Source: Podarcis filfolensis
Taxonomy: Eukaryota
DNA length: 64,000 bases
Direction: 5' to 3' (one strand)
Assembly (NCBI GenBank): GCA_964270895.1
Contig: OZ185435.1
Shown: piece by piece, positions 49,941-63,341 of the stretch
How positions within the stretch are numbered: position 1 is the stretch's first letter
How the letters are laid out: every line of letters starts with the position of its first letter
Notes under the pieces: model-generated
What the model was told of the DNA's origin: nothing
Databases searched by the model: none
The model's input: the letters and a program-made list of their open reading frames with translations, nothing else
Made by a program: the position numbers and the translations under genes

Positions 49941-52053
49941 TTATTCTTTAAAAATAAATACACAGATCAGACTTTTGGGATTTAAATTGTGCTCTCTCTC
50001 TTTTTGGTTAAGTTAATATAATAAGTTTCACTTTTAAAAATAAAAGTGGTTTAAAAGGAAATCTGAATTTGTTTTAAACATGTTAAAAGTTCACTGTGCT
50101 TTCTTACCTGGAAGTAAGCTCCATTCAAATACACAGGGCTTACTTCTGAGTAGACCCACGCAGCATTGCTGGTAAAATGCTACTTGCTTTTATCAAGCTG
50201 TGACGTCAGAGAGAAGTTACTCTAAACCTTTTGTTTTTTGTTTGCTAGTTTTCTTCATGCATAGAGCTATGAATCAAGCAATCAAAAAGGCTGAGCTTTT
50301 CCTACACTTGTAATTGGAAGTGGTGCAGTCCAAAATGCTAGCACCCTGATCTTTCTGAGCAATGTCTGGATCAGTTCACAGCTTCAGCTAAGTGACATAT
50401 AGGTTCAGCACATAAGCCTTTTTGTGATCCATACCTAATGCGAATCCTAATCTCTTCCTTCTGAAGCCCATAGCTACGGATCTTCTCTGGAAGGCATTGC
50501 TGAAATTATGCTTAGAAGTGATATTCCCTTCCTACCCCTTGGTCCGGAATTCTGTTTACCATTACACATTCCAGTTGCCCTTGTGCAATCCAAAGAACTA
50601 GGTAGGAGAAAACATCAACCCACTGCTGTTACATATGTTTCCAGATACATAACAGTATCAAGAATTAGGGGATTTGTGGCTGTAATATCATCTGACTTCT
50701 GTACCCAAAACTTTAAAAGCAAAGGGCAAAATGTACCTTCTTTGCTGGGGGAAAAAGAAATTACCTCCTTGGCGTCTAAGTTAGGAATAATGGCATTGAT
50801 AAAATTGTATCTGTTATCTTTAAAATTGCTTTAAGCCAGAAGCTTGGATAACAAAGGACAGAAGTTGCTTTCATATTAGCATATATGTCATGTTTAATCA
50901 ATCAAAAGAGAGCTGTAATTACTTTACTCTTGCCTTAGCAAACTTTAAAGAAAGGAAGCCATGAACCTATAAAAGTAAGTGTCATCCTGTTTGGATAGTT
51001 AGAGTTTTACAGGTAATTTGTTGCAGATTTTATGCAGATAGCTGATAATTATTTCCTTTCATGCTCATCTGCCATTCTGCCATCCACTTTTAACACAGAC
51101 ATAAGGCTTGCAGATGCACAGGCCAGAGCTGTGTGGCAGCATTACTAGTATTATTTAAATTACTTAAAGCTGATGCGTGCATTACAAAGTTGTTTATGAG
51201 CCACTGAACAATTCCTGATTTGGCAAGAAGGCGGAGAGTCAACATGCATGGTTGTCAACTTATCTGCGACCTTTGACTCTACATACATAAGGGCTTAAAC
51301 ATTTGTTGGATTTAAAAAGAGGGCCAGCGGTTTGCAACCCATGCCATACAGAAGCATAGGTTGGAGCTACTGAGGAGATAGTTGTCAAAACTGGAAGGTC
51401 TGACGTGATTGGGGGGTGAAGAAACCCTCCAACATCCCCTCTTTCTCTTCAATTGCCATCAAATTGAAAGCTCGAGCCCTACCACTCTGCTGTCAGAAAG
51501 GTTCATTCACTTCAAAGAGACTTGCGCTGGCAAAGCACTTTACAGATCAGGCTGCTAGTGACTATTTTTCTCTGCAGTGAACCCTTGATTAGCTGCACCC
51601 CAAATGACCCAGAAAAAGGAATGCATAGTTGCACTGAAAATGACTTAAATTGTCAAAGAACATTGAATTGCCTATACCGCAACCAGATGAATATGTTTCG
51701 GAATATGCTAAAACTGCTACAGCTGTTTAGAGTTCAGCTCCCTCGCCCTAAGATGGTCTGTATTTTTCTGCTTCATGGATTAAACCTCTACAGTGAGAAA
51801 TTTCTGAAAGGGAGATCCAGAAAGCAAAACAGAGGAGCATTTTAATAAAGCAGAACTTGATACAATAGTTTGGCGGCATAAAATGCAGCCATTTCCCTCC
51901 CGTTCTTCACTTTCTCTATAGAAACTAAGCAGAGAACTGTTGATAGATACTAAAACTGAATGTTTGTTTTTGAAACAGAAGCCAGTTTCTGGATTTGTGC
52001 CAGTGTCGGCAGCCAAAGTGTACAGCATCTCTTGTTTATTTCTGTACCCGAGT

Positions 52054-52134
52054 AATTCACTTAAATAGTAAGTAATGTCTTAAATTCACTTAAATAGTAA
52101 GTAATGTCTTAAATTCACTTAAATAGTAAGTAAT
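52054..52134. repeat. perfect 29-bp tandem repeat, 2.8 copies
   Basis: Unit AATTCACTTAAATAGTAAGTAATGTCTTA at 52054, 52083 and partially at 52112. Confidence 0.95.
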
Positions 52135-52309
52135 ATGCTGCTAGCTGTATATTTCCCATACATTACACCATGGTGAAAATGTTTGTGTTTATTTAAAAAT
52201 GCACAGCTCACTTTTCTTTATAAAATAAATTCAAAGCAGCTTGCAAAAAAAACCCATAACATACATAAAACAGAATAAACACAGTTCACGTTACAATAAG
52301 AATAGTTGC

Positions 52310-52586
52310 TAGAAGCTGCTCCATTCGGGCAAATGGGGTAATGTCCCACCAAGCTCAGTTTGCCCTTAGCCAGGGCACACCTGCTTCCTTATACCTGCTT
52401 CCAGGCCAGGGAGTGGCTCTGGCTCTCAGCTTCCTTAGCCTCAGGGTTGCCTTTGGAGAACCCGGCAGAGAGTAGGATGGGGACAAAACTAGAATGAACT
52501 GGCTCCACTATTACTGCTTCTGGCTCCACCTGCTGTTCACCTACCTGATTCTTCTCTATCCGTCCCAATGGTCACCAGCCTCCACC
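52310..52586. mobile_element. probable non-autonomous DNA element (Harbinger-like MITE)
   Basis: CTCCATTCGGGCAAATGGGG start and CACCAGCCTCCACC end resemble a common squamate MITE; no TSD established. Confidence 0.4.
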
Positions 52587-52735
52587 AAAAGCAGTTCAGA
52601 GAAAAACTGTTCAAACTGCTAAAATCATCTCCATACATTAAAAGCAAGAGCGAGATAAAATAATTCATCCTAAGTCCAGGGAGACCGAGCTCTAACCAAT
52701 GCTAAAATAAACACAGAAATTCACAACATAATTGA

Positions 52736-52830
52736 CTGCACTGGCTGTCAGTTCGTTTCTGGGCCCAATTCTGGTTTTGACCTATAAAGACTTCAATGGC
52801 TCAGGACCGCAATATTTCAAGGACCACATT
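52736..52830 (+). mobile_element. L2 LINE ORF2 fragment
   Basis: Frameshifted LHWL-VRFWAQ-LVLTYKDFNGSGPQYFKDH, matching the L2 post-RT motif LHWLP..R..FK.L.LTYK.L.G.GP.YL. Confidence 0.75.
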
Positions 52831-54021
52831 GTGGGACACCCTCCATGCCCCAGCAAGGCCCACGGCACGGATGCCTGCTTGCCCTTGCTGCAGTTTAAGC
52901 CTCCTGGTTCTGCATTGGTAGCTGCATCTCTGCCTGCTCTACAACTTCGTCTATGATGTCGGGGGTGGGGCCAGTAGGCAGGGTTTGAGGTAAATGATCT
53001 TTGGGGCCAAATTTGAACCCCACCTCAATTTAAAGGGAGTGGAGCGGTAAAACATTTACCTTCAGATTCTAAAATTACCTAACTGCACCACGGCAGACAT
53101 CTTGACCAATCAGTAAAATTAGGGAGCATTTGATTGGACAATTGATAGATGAGTGATTTGTGGGGGAGGGTACAGTGCTCATCCATTTTCAAGTGATGTT
53201 TTTCCACAAGTCCGCTCTAGCAGCAGGAATCCCTCTACTTTATGGTTCAGTCTTCTGGCCAAAGCACTATGCCAGCACTCTGTTGACTACACCGATATTC
53301 CCGTATCAAAATTGGTGTCATTGCGACAGATGAAACACACCAGCTGGCAAAAAGAGGGCAAAGGGAAGATCACAGAGTCACACGCAGCAACTGGCTTTAT
53401 AGAACTGCTGCAATGCCAACGCAAGCTAGTCATAGAAATATTCCACTTGTGTGATGGCATCGTCCAAGCACACTCCCACTCATGACTGACATGCTGATCT
53501 CAACAGTGATTTACATAAACATCTCTATAACGTGATATCGGGTATGCGGTGATCCTTTGATTCAGAACTGCTAAGCAGTTAATAAGCTAATTCTGTCTTG
53601 TGGGGAGGGGGGTGTAGCTGGAGAATTTAAAGGCGAGATTGTTCTTTGAAGTCACTTGAAAAGGCTATCTACATTCCACCGCATAGAACAGCCCTGTTGG
53701 ATTCAAAGTGAATGACTCCAACCTGCACTCCAGTTCATTTAAAAACGTTGATCAGAAACAAAACCCCATTCATTGGGGGGTGGGGGGGTGGGGAAGACAT
53801 CCCAGGGAAGACATCCAGTTTTTGCACCAAATGTGGGTGCAGCTAAATTGCTGCAGAAGCGCACACAGCGCCACGTGCTTGTTAGTGAGCACCCCCTCAT
53901 CTCTCCCTTAAGAAAGGGGGAAGGAGTGTATGAATGTTGTCAGCAAGCCATTTGAGACCTTTCTTAAGTCTATTTTCACTGGGTATTCTGAGACTAACCT
54001 GCAGTAATACAGACTGTAATC

Positions 54022-54157
54022 CAGGCATAGGCAAACTCGGCCCTCCAGATGTTTTGGGACTACAGTTCCCATCATCCCTGACCACTGGTCCTGTTAGCTA
54101 GGGATGATGGGAGTTGTAGTCCCAAAATGTCTGGAGGGCCGAGTTTGCCTCTGCCTG
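54022..54157. mobile_element. 136-bp palindromic hAT MITE
   Basis: 58-nt inverted arms; TSD CTGTAATC at 54014-54021 and 54158-54165. Confidence 0.95.
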
Positions 54158-54169
54158 CTGTAATCAGTC

Positions 54170-54732
54170 ACCTAGCTCAGTCAGTAGGGCATGAGATTCT
54201 TAATCTCAGGCTTGTGGGTTCAAGCCCCACATCGGGCAAAAGATTTGTTCAGTGCATGGGGTTGGACTAGACCAGTGGGTGATGCTGTCCCCTAGGGGGT
54301 GCTGGAGCAATCTAGGGGAACGGTAGTAGCCTTGGGTGCAGTTGGGGAATAAAAATAAGGGGAGATGGAATCATAAAGAAAAGAAAAGAAAAGAAAAGAA
54401 AAGAAAAGAGAAAAATTTGAAAAACCATTTGTATATGTTTCATCTGTTGTGTAATGAAGCTTACCGGCAGGTCAGGCGCTGTTGCAGGATGGCGACAATG
54501 CCTCACCTGGATCTGGTTGTCATGCTGCAGGTGAGGGGTTTCCCTAGGCTTTCTGACTTCACCCTGACCCAGGATGTGGATCACAGCTTGCCTGCCTATT
54601 TGGCCAATGGCAGGCAGACTATAGCACCAGAGGGCACAAAGTATTATTTTTTTTCTGAAAAGAAGGTGGTAGACCAATAAGTTTGGGGACCTCTGGACTA
54701 GACCCTCACGGTCCCTCCCAACTCTATGATTC
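54170..54732 (+). mobile_element. tRNA-Lys-derived SINE with CR1 tail, split by a hAT MITE
   Basis: CTAGCTCAGTCAGTAGGGCATGAGATTCTTAATCTCAGGCTTGTGGGTTCAAGCCCCACATCGGGC resembles tRNA-Lys(CTT); CR1 tail resumes after 54695 (CCCTCACGGTCCCTCCCAACTCTATGATTC). Confidence 0.85.
54273..54695. mobile_element. hAT-like MITE containing an (AAAAG)n tract
   Basis: Right TIR GTTTGGGGACCTCTG, degenerate left end CAGTGG; TSD GACTAGAC at 54265-54272 and 54696-54703. Confidence 0.8.
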
Positions 54733-55822
54733 CAAGAAGCTCAGCTGGTAGAAGCCCAGAACCAGGAAATATATGCTTTTCATGTTGCTCTTGCATAAAG
54801 ATCACATTACTTTATCTCTTGTTCTCTTTCTCTCTCTCCCTCTCTTTCTCTCCCAAATGCCACTGATTGTGAAAGAAAGTTCCCTGAGGTTCTGTAATAA
54901 TTTAAACCATAAATTCATTTGTCATAAACTTATGTAGTACAAGGTTTCCTAGGAACAATATTAAATTGTGATTCATTGTTTTGAAACATAAGCAAATATA
55001 TGTATAACTACATGAAACGAAGCAGTTATGGCAAATTAGGGACAAATGTTACATGTCTTTACAGTGGTTAAATAATCAATCTTGGTGGAATTTACCACAA
55101 TACAAGAATTGCAACACTGTAAGCCAGAATGTTCCCCCTTTGCCTTTCAGTGTTTTGACAACCGAGCAGATATACCGTAGCTTACTAGTGGCCTCATACT
55201 AGAAAAGGTCCTGTCTAGTGACATTTAACCTTTAACCTTTCAAGTGGAGGAACATGGAATAGAACTTCACCAGATGACCAGGGTGGGCAAGGAACCTATA
55301 TGGGGTGGGGGAGAGGAACCCACTGGCTCAGACTCTTTAAGGGGGCTTTAGGTGATCAGCATCACATTGAACGAGACCTTGAGGCACAGTTGAACCAAGA
55401 ACTAATATATCTATTGCCTCTGTCAGAAGCAGTGACACAACATTCAACCCTTGCTAAATCTTATTTATACGCTTCTTTATGAAATTGCTTTTTTATGTGG
55501 TGAGTGAGTGAGTGAGTGTTGGTCAGTCTTAGCAAAAAATATTCTGGAATTCATATTGCAGATCCATGCACAATTACATGGTGGCAAGTCCCACTGATTT
55601 AAATAGAGGTTACTTCCAAGGAAATCTGCAGAGAACGGCATCCCTGATGACCTTTTCTTTTATTATGTATGAAAGTTGAAAGAGTTTCTGGCTGAGGCTG
55701 TATTTTAGCCAAAGGGTATTTTTTTTGTAGTTAAAGGGAAGCCCAACCACTCAATGTGTTGTCCCCCCTTGTAGTCTTCCTCTACCATGCCATTGCCCTA
55801 GCTCCTGACCTGCACATAGAAC

Positions 55823-56215
55823 TAGGGTGGTTGGAGTGTTGGGTTAGGATGCAGGAGACCAGATTTTGAATCCCAGTTTGCCATGAAGTTTACTGGGTGA
55901 CCTCAGATCTCTCTCTCTCTTACCTCACAGGGTTATTGTAGGATAAGAATGGGAAAGGAGTATCATGTTTCCTACCAGGGGTGCCAACTTGAATAAAATA
56001 TGGGGGAGCAGGTACGCCCCACCCCACAAAATCAATTAAAAGACATGGCACACACAAACACCATTTGAATGGCACTGACCATCAACTTGGGGGGGCAGCC
56101 CCCTCAAATATTTTATTGGGAGGACTGAAGGGATCTCAGCCCCTAGGAGTTGGTTCCTATGTTTCTCACCTTGAGCTCCTTAGAGGGAAGGTTGGCTATG
56201 AATATAATAACCACC
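55823..56215 (+). mobile_element. CORE-like SINE interrupted by a MITE at 55976-56161
   Basis: SINE head and core (TACTGGGTGACC..TACCTCACAGGGTTATTGT) resume as CTTGAGCTCCT; MITE termini CAGGGGTGCCAACT / AGTTGGTTCCTATG with imperfect TSD TTTCCTAC / TTTCTCAC. Confidence 0.7.
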
Positions 56216-57914
56216 ACATACATAGTGCCTGCTGAAAAAGAGTTCATCCTGAACATGTAGAGTGATCAAATGTGTTCATAGTAAGGCCTCCTGTATTTAG
56301 CTTGACTGATGAAGCTTTCACTAATTGATCGTGCATTTAGCATTTTTAAAGACAGAAGTTATTTGTCTTAACTAGGCTTGTTAGCACATCTTACAGACTG
56401 GGAGACATTAGCAGAACACATTGCCGTATGGAATGGCCATATTATCATTTTGATTTAAAAGCTGTCTGCAGTAATGAGCTCAATATAACCTTTTGCCCCA
56501 CAGGTTTTCTACAAAGGAATCTATCTGGCCAAGGGTTTAATGCAGATCACACTGCCGCACAATAGAGTCTGACTCAATACACTTTCCCTTCAAACTGTTG
56601 GGGTGGGGGAAAACAAAAGACTTGCTAAATCACACCTCACTTATTTTTTAAGTGGTACATGTGGTTTAACTTTGCACCCACTTTTCCACTGGAAGATCTA
56701 ATGTTGGCACCCAGAGACACCTGTATTATATTAGCAAAACAATTTGGACACCCAAATGATGGAAAGAAAGAGGTGGATTATGGGTTAGATTACAGATTAC
56801 TAACAGAATGCTCTGGTGTGGTGGTGTGTGTGTGTGCTTCGTAAAAACAAAACAAGAAGCCAAATATGCAAACCTGGCAAAACTCAGTCTTTTTCATTTG
56901 CTTTCCCATGCCGCAAAGCATTTGATGAAATGAAAAATCTGAAAAAGAAAAGACTTCGCCGGGCAGTCAAAAGTGCAAGCCAACTCGCCTTGCTTTTATG
57001 TGTTCAGCAGCACCTGAAAACCTCATGTCCACCCATCTGACAAGGGCATTTTTGTCATTCCACGGTAGCAAAACAAGTGCAGGATTTGACGTGGTCTGCA
57101 CATATGGCCTGAAAGGGCAGCAAGGTTTGCCGGAGGGTCACCCTCTTTGGGCTCTGGATCAATTTCATGGTCTCAGCTGTCCAGATGATTTGCAGAGAAC
57201 ACCAGCAGAGTATCACAACCTGCTGGGAATCATCATTGAAATAGGTTTTTAAAAACAGAAACCAAACAAAAAAACTGCCACCCTGGCAGTTTTCCTCCAT
57301 GTCTCACCGTGTTCGAAACTTTGTCTCAACGGCACCAGGTACTTTTGTGCTCTATTTTGTTTTATATACTTCTTCAGCTGTCCATGAATTACTCTGTGGC
57401 TCTCTTATCTCTGTTTTCCAATATATGCTTAATAGCCCTGTGCAATATTAAGAAAACAGAGCGAAAGAGAATTGGATTTTTGAAATAGCTGCTTTCAGTT
57501 TGATCCGAGCATGGATATATGGCTGTATTAGCCTGAATCTATACTCAGGGTACGTGGACTCATTTTGTTCTGCATCCTATGGTTCAATTGCGTTGTTAGC
57601 CATTGCCATTCATGAAACATTCTTACCTTATTTTATCCTATGCGAACTGCGTTGTAAGTGGACAGTTGTATTCTAAGTGATGTGCACCATTGTGTTTGGA
57701 CCGAATGCAACTGAAGCACTTACACCTGCACATGGAACTATTTAGATAAAGGCCATGCTGCTTTATATTACAGTGGTGAGCCACTACAAGCCGATAGAGA
57801 GGCTGGATAGAAGTATGATAAATACATAAAAAATATTCTATGTTGCCGGTAGTATAGGATGGCGTTTTGTGAGAAAGAGGAGGCATTCTGAGTGTGCTAT
57901 CTCCTCTGCTGATG

Positions 57915-58112
57915 CATAAAGGCTATGATCCATAAGTTAAACCAGGTTAAAACACCTGATAGCTTCTCTGTGTCTGGGTAGGCTTGGCTGAACAAAAGTG
58001 TTTTTAGCAGGCACCGAAGAAAGAATGAAAAAAAAGTACAGCAATTGTGGTTTTCTTGCCTGATACCAATAGGCAGTGAGTTCCAAAGCGCATGTGTTGT
58101 TACACTAAAAGA
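57915..58112 (-). mobile_element. L2 LINE 3' end
   Basis: ALWNSLPIGIRQ...RCLLKTLLFSQAYP in ORF 57897-58187. Confidence 0.8.
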
Positions 58113-58514
58113 GTGCAGAATGAGTACTATGTGGCACATGTAACAGTGCCAGTTCAGTAGAGTGAAGTGGTTGAGTGGTGATTTCACAAGAACACTGGTC
58201 CAAAGCTGTCAAGGGCTTTATACGGTATGCTAATAGTAACACCTTGTACTTGGCCAAGTAGCAGATTGGCAACTAGTGCCATTCTCTGAGCAGAGGGGTT
58301 AGATGCTGAAAGGGTCTTGTGTCAGCCAGCAATCATGCTGCAGCATTCTGCACTAACTGCAGTTTCCAGATCAAGCAGAAGGGAAGTCCCACTGCAGTAA
58401 GCCACCTTGAAATAATCAGTGCATGAGCTACCATGGGCAAGTTCTCCCAGTGTAGGAACGGTCACAGTTTTCATACTAGTCACAAGTGGTAAAAGGCATT
58501 TCTAGTAACTGATG

Positions 58515-58782
58515 CTACCCAGACCTCCAGGGACAAAGCTGGATACAGAAGCACCTCCAGGAAGGATTAGAACAATGACAATACAATACCCACAATTCTC
58601 TGGAACCAGTCCAGGAGGAGACCACAGTCAATGGTATCAAAAGTCAAGGAGAAATCCAGAACAAGATGATACTCCCCCCTGTCCTGCTCTCTCCAAAGGT
58701 TATCCATCAGGGTGACCAACATCAACTCAGTCCCATGGCTAGGCTTGAACCCAGATTGGATTGGTTCTAAATAATCCCACAA
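58515..58782 (-). mobile_element. L2 LINE reverse-transcriptase fragment
   Basis: DYLEPIQSGFKPSHGTELMLVTLMDNL...LVLDFSLTFDTIDCGLLL corresponds to QSGFR..H.TET / LDLSAAFDT.DH. Confidence 0.88.
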
Positions 58783-58799
58783 GGGCTACGCATTCAATG

Positions 58800-59288
58800 C
58801 ATAAGAACACAAGAAGAGCCCAGCTGGTTCATCCCAAAGACCTATCCAGTTCAGCATCCTGTTCTCACAGTGGAACACCAGATGCTTATGGGAAGCCCAC
58901 ATGTGGGACAAGAGCACAACAACACTCCCCGCATGTGCTCTCGAGCAACTGGTATTTAGAGGCAAGCTGCCTCTGAGGTGGAGGTAGCTCAAACTCAGGA
59001 CAAAAGGGAGAAATGTGCTAAGAAGAAAGCATGCTTGGCAAACCCTCACTGTGATCAACTCCCGCCAGGAAACCTATGTCCCCACTGTGGAAGGATGTGT
59101 GGATCCAGAATTGGCCTCCGCAGTCACTTATGGACACATTGTTAAAACCGTGTTTATGGAAGACAATCTTACTCGGCTACAAGTGATTGCCAAAGAAGTG
59201 CACAGCCATCATGGCTAGTCACCAACAGTCTTATGTTGCATGGATTTGTCTAATCTCCTTTTAAAGCCATCCAGGTTGGTAGCCATTT
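58800..59288 (-). mobile_element. CR1 3' end split by an RTE insertion
   Basis: ATAAGAACACAAGAAGAGCC... (58800-58987) resumes as CATCATGGCTAGT...TGGATTTGTCTAATCTCCTTTTAAAGCCATCCAGGTTGGT (59199-59288). Confidence 0.82.
58988..59198 (+). mobile_element. non-BovB RTE-clade LINE 3' end
   Basis: PGNLCPHCGRMCGSRIGLRSHLWTHC* is the RTE C-terminal zinc-knuckle; short 3' UTR ending in GAAG. Confidence 0.85.
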
Positions 59289-62200
59289 GCAGAATAATAT
59301 TAATAATAAATCATAGGATCACAGCTAACTTTGTTCTCTATTATCTGCCCACCTATGGTTTGGAAACTGTTGCACCATCTTCTTAATTTGGTTCACAGAT
59401 ATTCCTGATGCTGTTCCCGTCTGCATCCATTCATCTGTGTGGACCTCATGTTAGGAAAGAAGTCCCCTTTTCTGTTGCTATGCTCCTGCTATAAGCACGT
59501 TGTGCTGCGCATGCCATGCCAGTGTGTTTGAGCTCGCCCTGTGTTTCACTCAAGGATTAGTTAGCCAGAAGTCAATTCCTGCGTCTTCTCCACTTTCCCC
59601 TGCATTTGTGTCTACCACATTAAGCTGCTTAGACAACATGTCTGTTAATGGTCATGTTTTTGGCCTTCAGACATGACTGTTCTGACAGGCATGCAACTCA
59701 AATGGCATTCATTGATTGTGGCCCTTTGATTTGGGGGTAGGGGGGAATCACAAATAGATTGTGAGTGCTGGTGAATATAGTATGAAAGTTGTGAATTATG
59801 AGTGACACCAGGTTTCCAACAGATGTTTCTGCCCTGTAATAGAAGCCGATTTAACAAGTCTGCTTACAGCTGGTTTGGGATATTTGGGGCCTCGTGGAAT
59901 ACAGTTACCTAGCAGAGAATTGTTTTCATTTTTTTTTTATTTCACCCTGATCTACTTTTTCTTTTAATGTTTACTTCTGGTGACATGAGGGTATTTTCAC
60001 CCACACCCCTGAACAAAGAGACAAACAACTTGTCATCGAGTTAACCAGGGCCACAACTTAATTAACGTTCAACATAACAGAGATCTGTAACTTCTGGCAC
60101 TGTAGCAACAGGGCAGGTTCTGTTTATGCAACTGCCCCCGATGAACTTTGGGGTCAGCCTGATCCAGAGCCAGCCCAGACACTAATCAAAGTGAGGCCGC
60201 TGCTTCAAGCAACAGAGGCCCCCCTAAGCAGCACTCCTGCGGGCCCACCTCCCTTGCCATCTCCACCAGTGCCAGAGAACCAGCACTGCCATCAGCGCCA
60301 ATTTCGGACAAGATCGTATCTATTTTTGGGTGAGATCTCACACAAAATTGGCACAATCTTGCCTAGAATCATCACCGCCCAGCAGCAGCAGAACAGGCAG
60401 GAGATCTTCCTGAGTCACTGCGCCTCCCACACCCCACAGCCCTAGGTGTGCCTGTCCTATTAGCTCATGGGCCCCACAGCCATCTTGGCAAATCTTCACT
60501 TCTCACCCACATTCCTCCTTATAGCTGTTATTTTCCTGCACAGCTCGGCTGCCGTGACTAAACTAACCTACTAGCTTATTAAACACTCACTGGCAATCAG
60601 TGTCATCTGTGGCCAAAGTAAACTGTGTAGGGTAGGCAAAAAAACCCAACCCCAAACCCTCATTTCCAGTGTTAATATGTTTTATCGGGGCGGGGGAAAT
60701 ATTGCATTGCATCTTTCCTAGCTGTTCCTACACTGTGACACAACATGTGGGTGCAAAGCCTGCTGGCAGAGGCTCTGGCCAGGGTGGAGCAAGCTTCTAT
60801 AGGCCTTGCTAACTCTGGTCAGTGTGATAAGATGCAACTGGCACTAGGAGATGCTACATGTGATGCTTACATGCCCCCAGGGATGCTGGAGGAATTTAAC
60901 CTTCATGAATTCCAGTGTGAACTGATCTGATTCTCACCTCCTGGACTAATGAGCGGATCAGCATGCAGCTCTCTGAATGTCAGCATTGCAGTTCTGGGCT
61001 CCAAAGATGTACCAAAATGCATAGGAAAATTTGCATACTGGGATAAATGCATTTAGCAATGCACATTGTAATAGAAAATGCATTTGAGAATGCCTGCTTT
61101 GAGGGAAAATGTGCTGAAGTAATGAGAAAATTGGTAGATTTGTGTGCACTTAAACAAAAAAACCCCACACAGATAAATGTGGAAATTGGGTGGAAGGGAC
61201 TTATGAATGAACACATACAAAACTGATATGAACCAGAAACAGACTGATCCCACTGGCATACATGTCACACCCCTGATGTATTCTAAGCCACCAGAAACAG
61301 ATTTACTGCCTTAACTGTGCTGTTTGTGTGATATAGGCAATTGCAGGGTATATAGGTGTAGGTGTGAGTGAGTAAGAGATAAGAGAACGCTTGGGCTACC
61401 CAGACAACAAGACAGCCCACCTGACCTCCCTGATGTGGTCCAAAGGAAAGCAGAGCAATACGTTTGTCACCAGCTTGGCTGCAGGACTTGCCAGAAGGAG
61501 GCATATAAAGCATCTTAGGGCCTCCACTCCAGATTTGTGTAGAGTTTACCCCTGAGCCTTTTCTTCTCCCAAATATTTCCTACAAATGCACACTATTTCT
61601 CCACCACTTTCCTAACTGCAAAATGATAAGGGGGAGGGAGGGTTAAGTGGATTTCTTGTACCAGGGCACTTTAATCCTCTCTATAACTGCGCAAACCTAA
61701 ATCTCCGGCAAAATATATACTGACAGTCTGGAGGAGGCTTATGTGATAAGCATCAGGCTTTTGAATTCATGGCAGGAACTATTGGAGTGGATTTGTAAGT
61801 GATCAGTTTTAGCTGTAGGTTGTATTACTCTACCTCACTGTTGCTTGTGAAACTTAATGGGGCATAAATCTAGAGCTTTTGACTTCCTCTCCCTTTCTTT
61901 ATCCCTACGACAAAGCCTTTCTCAAGCTGATTCTCTTAGTATAATATGGGTACCAGGTGCGAGAGGGAAAAGGCTTGAAGAAAGGCCACACTTGACCTAT
62001 TGAAAATGCTTTCCAGAGTGTGTGCCTCCAGTGAAATTTACAACAGTTTTGCCTTGCACTCGAGGCTGAAGAGGCCCTGTAGCAGGTGAGCAGATGCTTG
62101 TGCAAAACGATTGCTCAATGATACATCACTATTGTTAAAATAACAGAGACTTGGGGAACCTTAAAGACTAATAAATGTGTTATTATGGCACTCCATCAAC

Positions 62201-63341
62201 TACTTGAAATAATTTGCATACACAGACAGAGAAAGGGTGTGGAGAAAAGGAAAATATAAAAGAATTTTGCTTTTGTGGTTTTGCAGGGGTTGAGATTTTA
62301 GTGAGGGCTATGTAAGGCCTTGCTGCCCTGGATCCTTTGAGAGGAAGGGTGAGATATAAGTTTAATAGATAGATGGAGAGAGAGAGAGATGATATAGATA
62401 GCTTTGCCTCAGTCAACCTGGTTATACAGAAAAAAATCCAGCTCAAGTTAATTTGTCTCATGTCATAGCCAGCATCCTGTAACATTTTGAATGACTTAAA
62501 ATTGCAGGAAGCCTAGGGGCACTTGGGACCAGTGCAATGTTCTTGTTGAAGTTTAAAGGGCCTTTTTCAAAAGTCTAGAAAGACTTACTTTTAACTTTTT
62601 TTAAAATAATCAACCAGGTGCTCCATAGGTATTTAGTTTCATTGAAGGCTTGGAGCAATCCAAGGTTGTCAGGGGCATTTGGCAGGAAAGCGGCAGGGGT
62701 CTGCTTCAGCAGTGTGTTCCTCAGAGTGAATGTGCTAAGGAAGAAGAACCCAGCAGAATTGAATTATTTGCTCTCCAGCTGTTGAGCAGTGGTTCCAATC
62801 CTAGGAGTTGCCAGGAGGGTGTTTTTCAAGAGCTTTCCCCACAAGGAAGACTTTTGTGAAGCTGCACCCCACACCCTCGGGGTGAACTTAAATCTTGTTC
62901 CTAACAATGGTCTCTTGATATTGTGGTCTTCAAATATTAGCTGATTAGATATCTAATAATCATGCTATCCAGCAATCAAAATACATTGGCTTCTCTCAGA
63001 GACAAGTCCTCCCCCCCCCAAAAAAAAACAACCACAAACCTTTGTTTTATAAGGGAAAGATAGACTGTCTCTTAATGTCCAAGGTTTTAGGTAAATTCTC
63101 TATCCATTTCTGAAGTGGCAGTCTGAAATCACCAATGAACCAGGAGTCAGTAGTGGTGTTTTCCTTTCTGTGTGGCTCCAAGATTGTTGCTGCTCAGAGA
63201 TCCTCAAACCACTTAAACTGTATGAACTATGGCTCCTACTTCATTCAACCATCTCTACAAAAAGTATTTGACTTTTATTTTTAAGGCCTAACTTGCTGAG
63301 AAGCTTTTCACACTCGGTGGGCAAGACTAGACATTAAGTTA

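Noticed and set aside
52054-52134. CRISPR-like 29-bp repeats
   Set aside because: Head-to-tail with no spacers, vertebrate context, no cas genes
54170-54237. tRNA-Lys(CTT) gene
   Set aside because: Multiple stem-breaking substitutions and direct fusion to a CR1 tail show it is a SINE head
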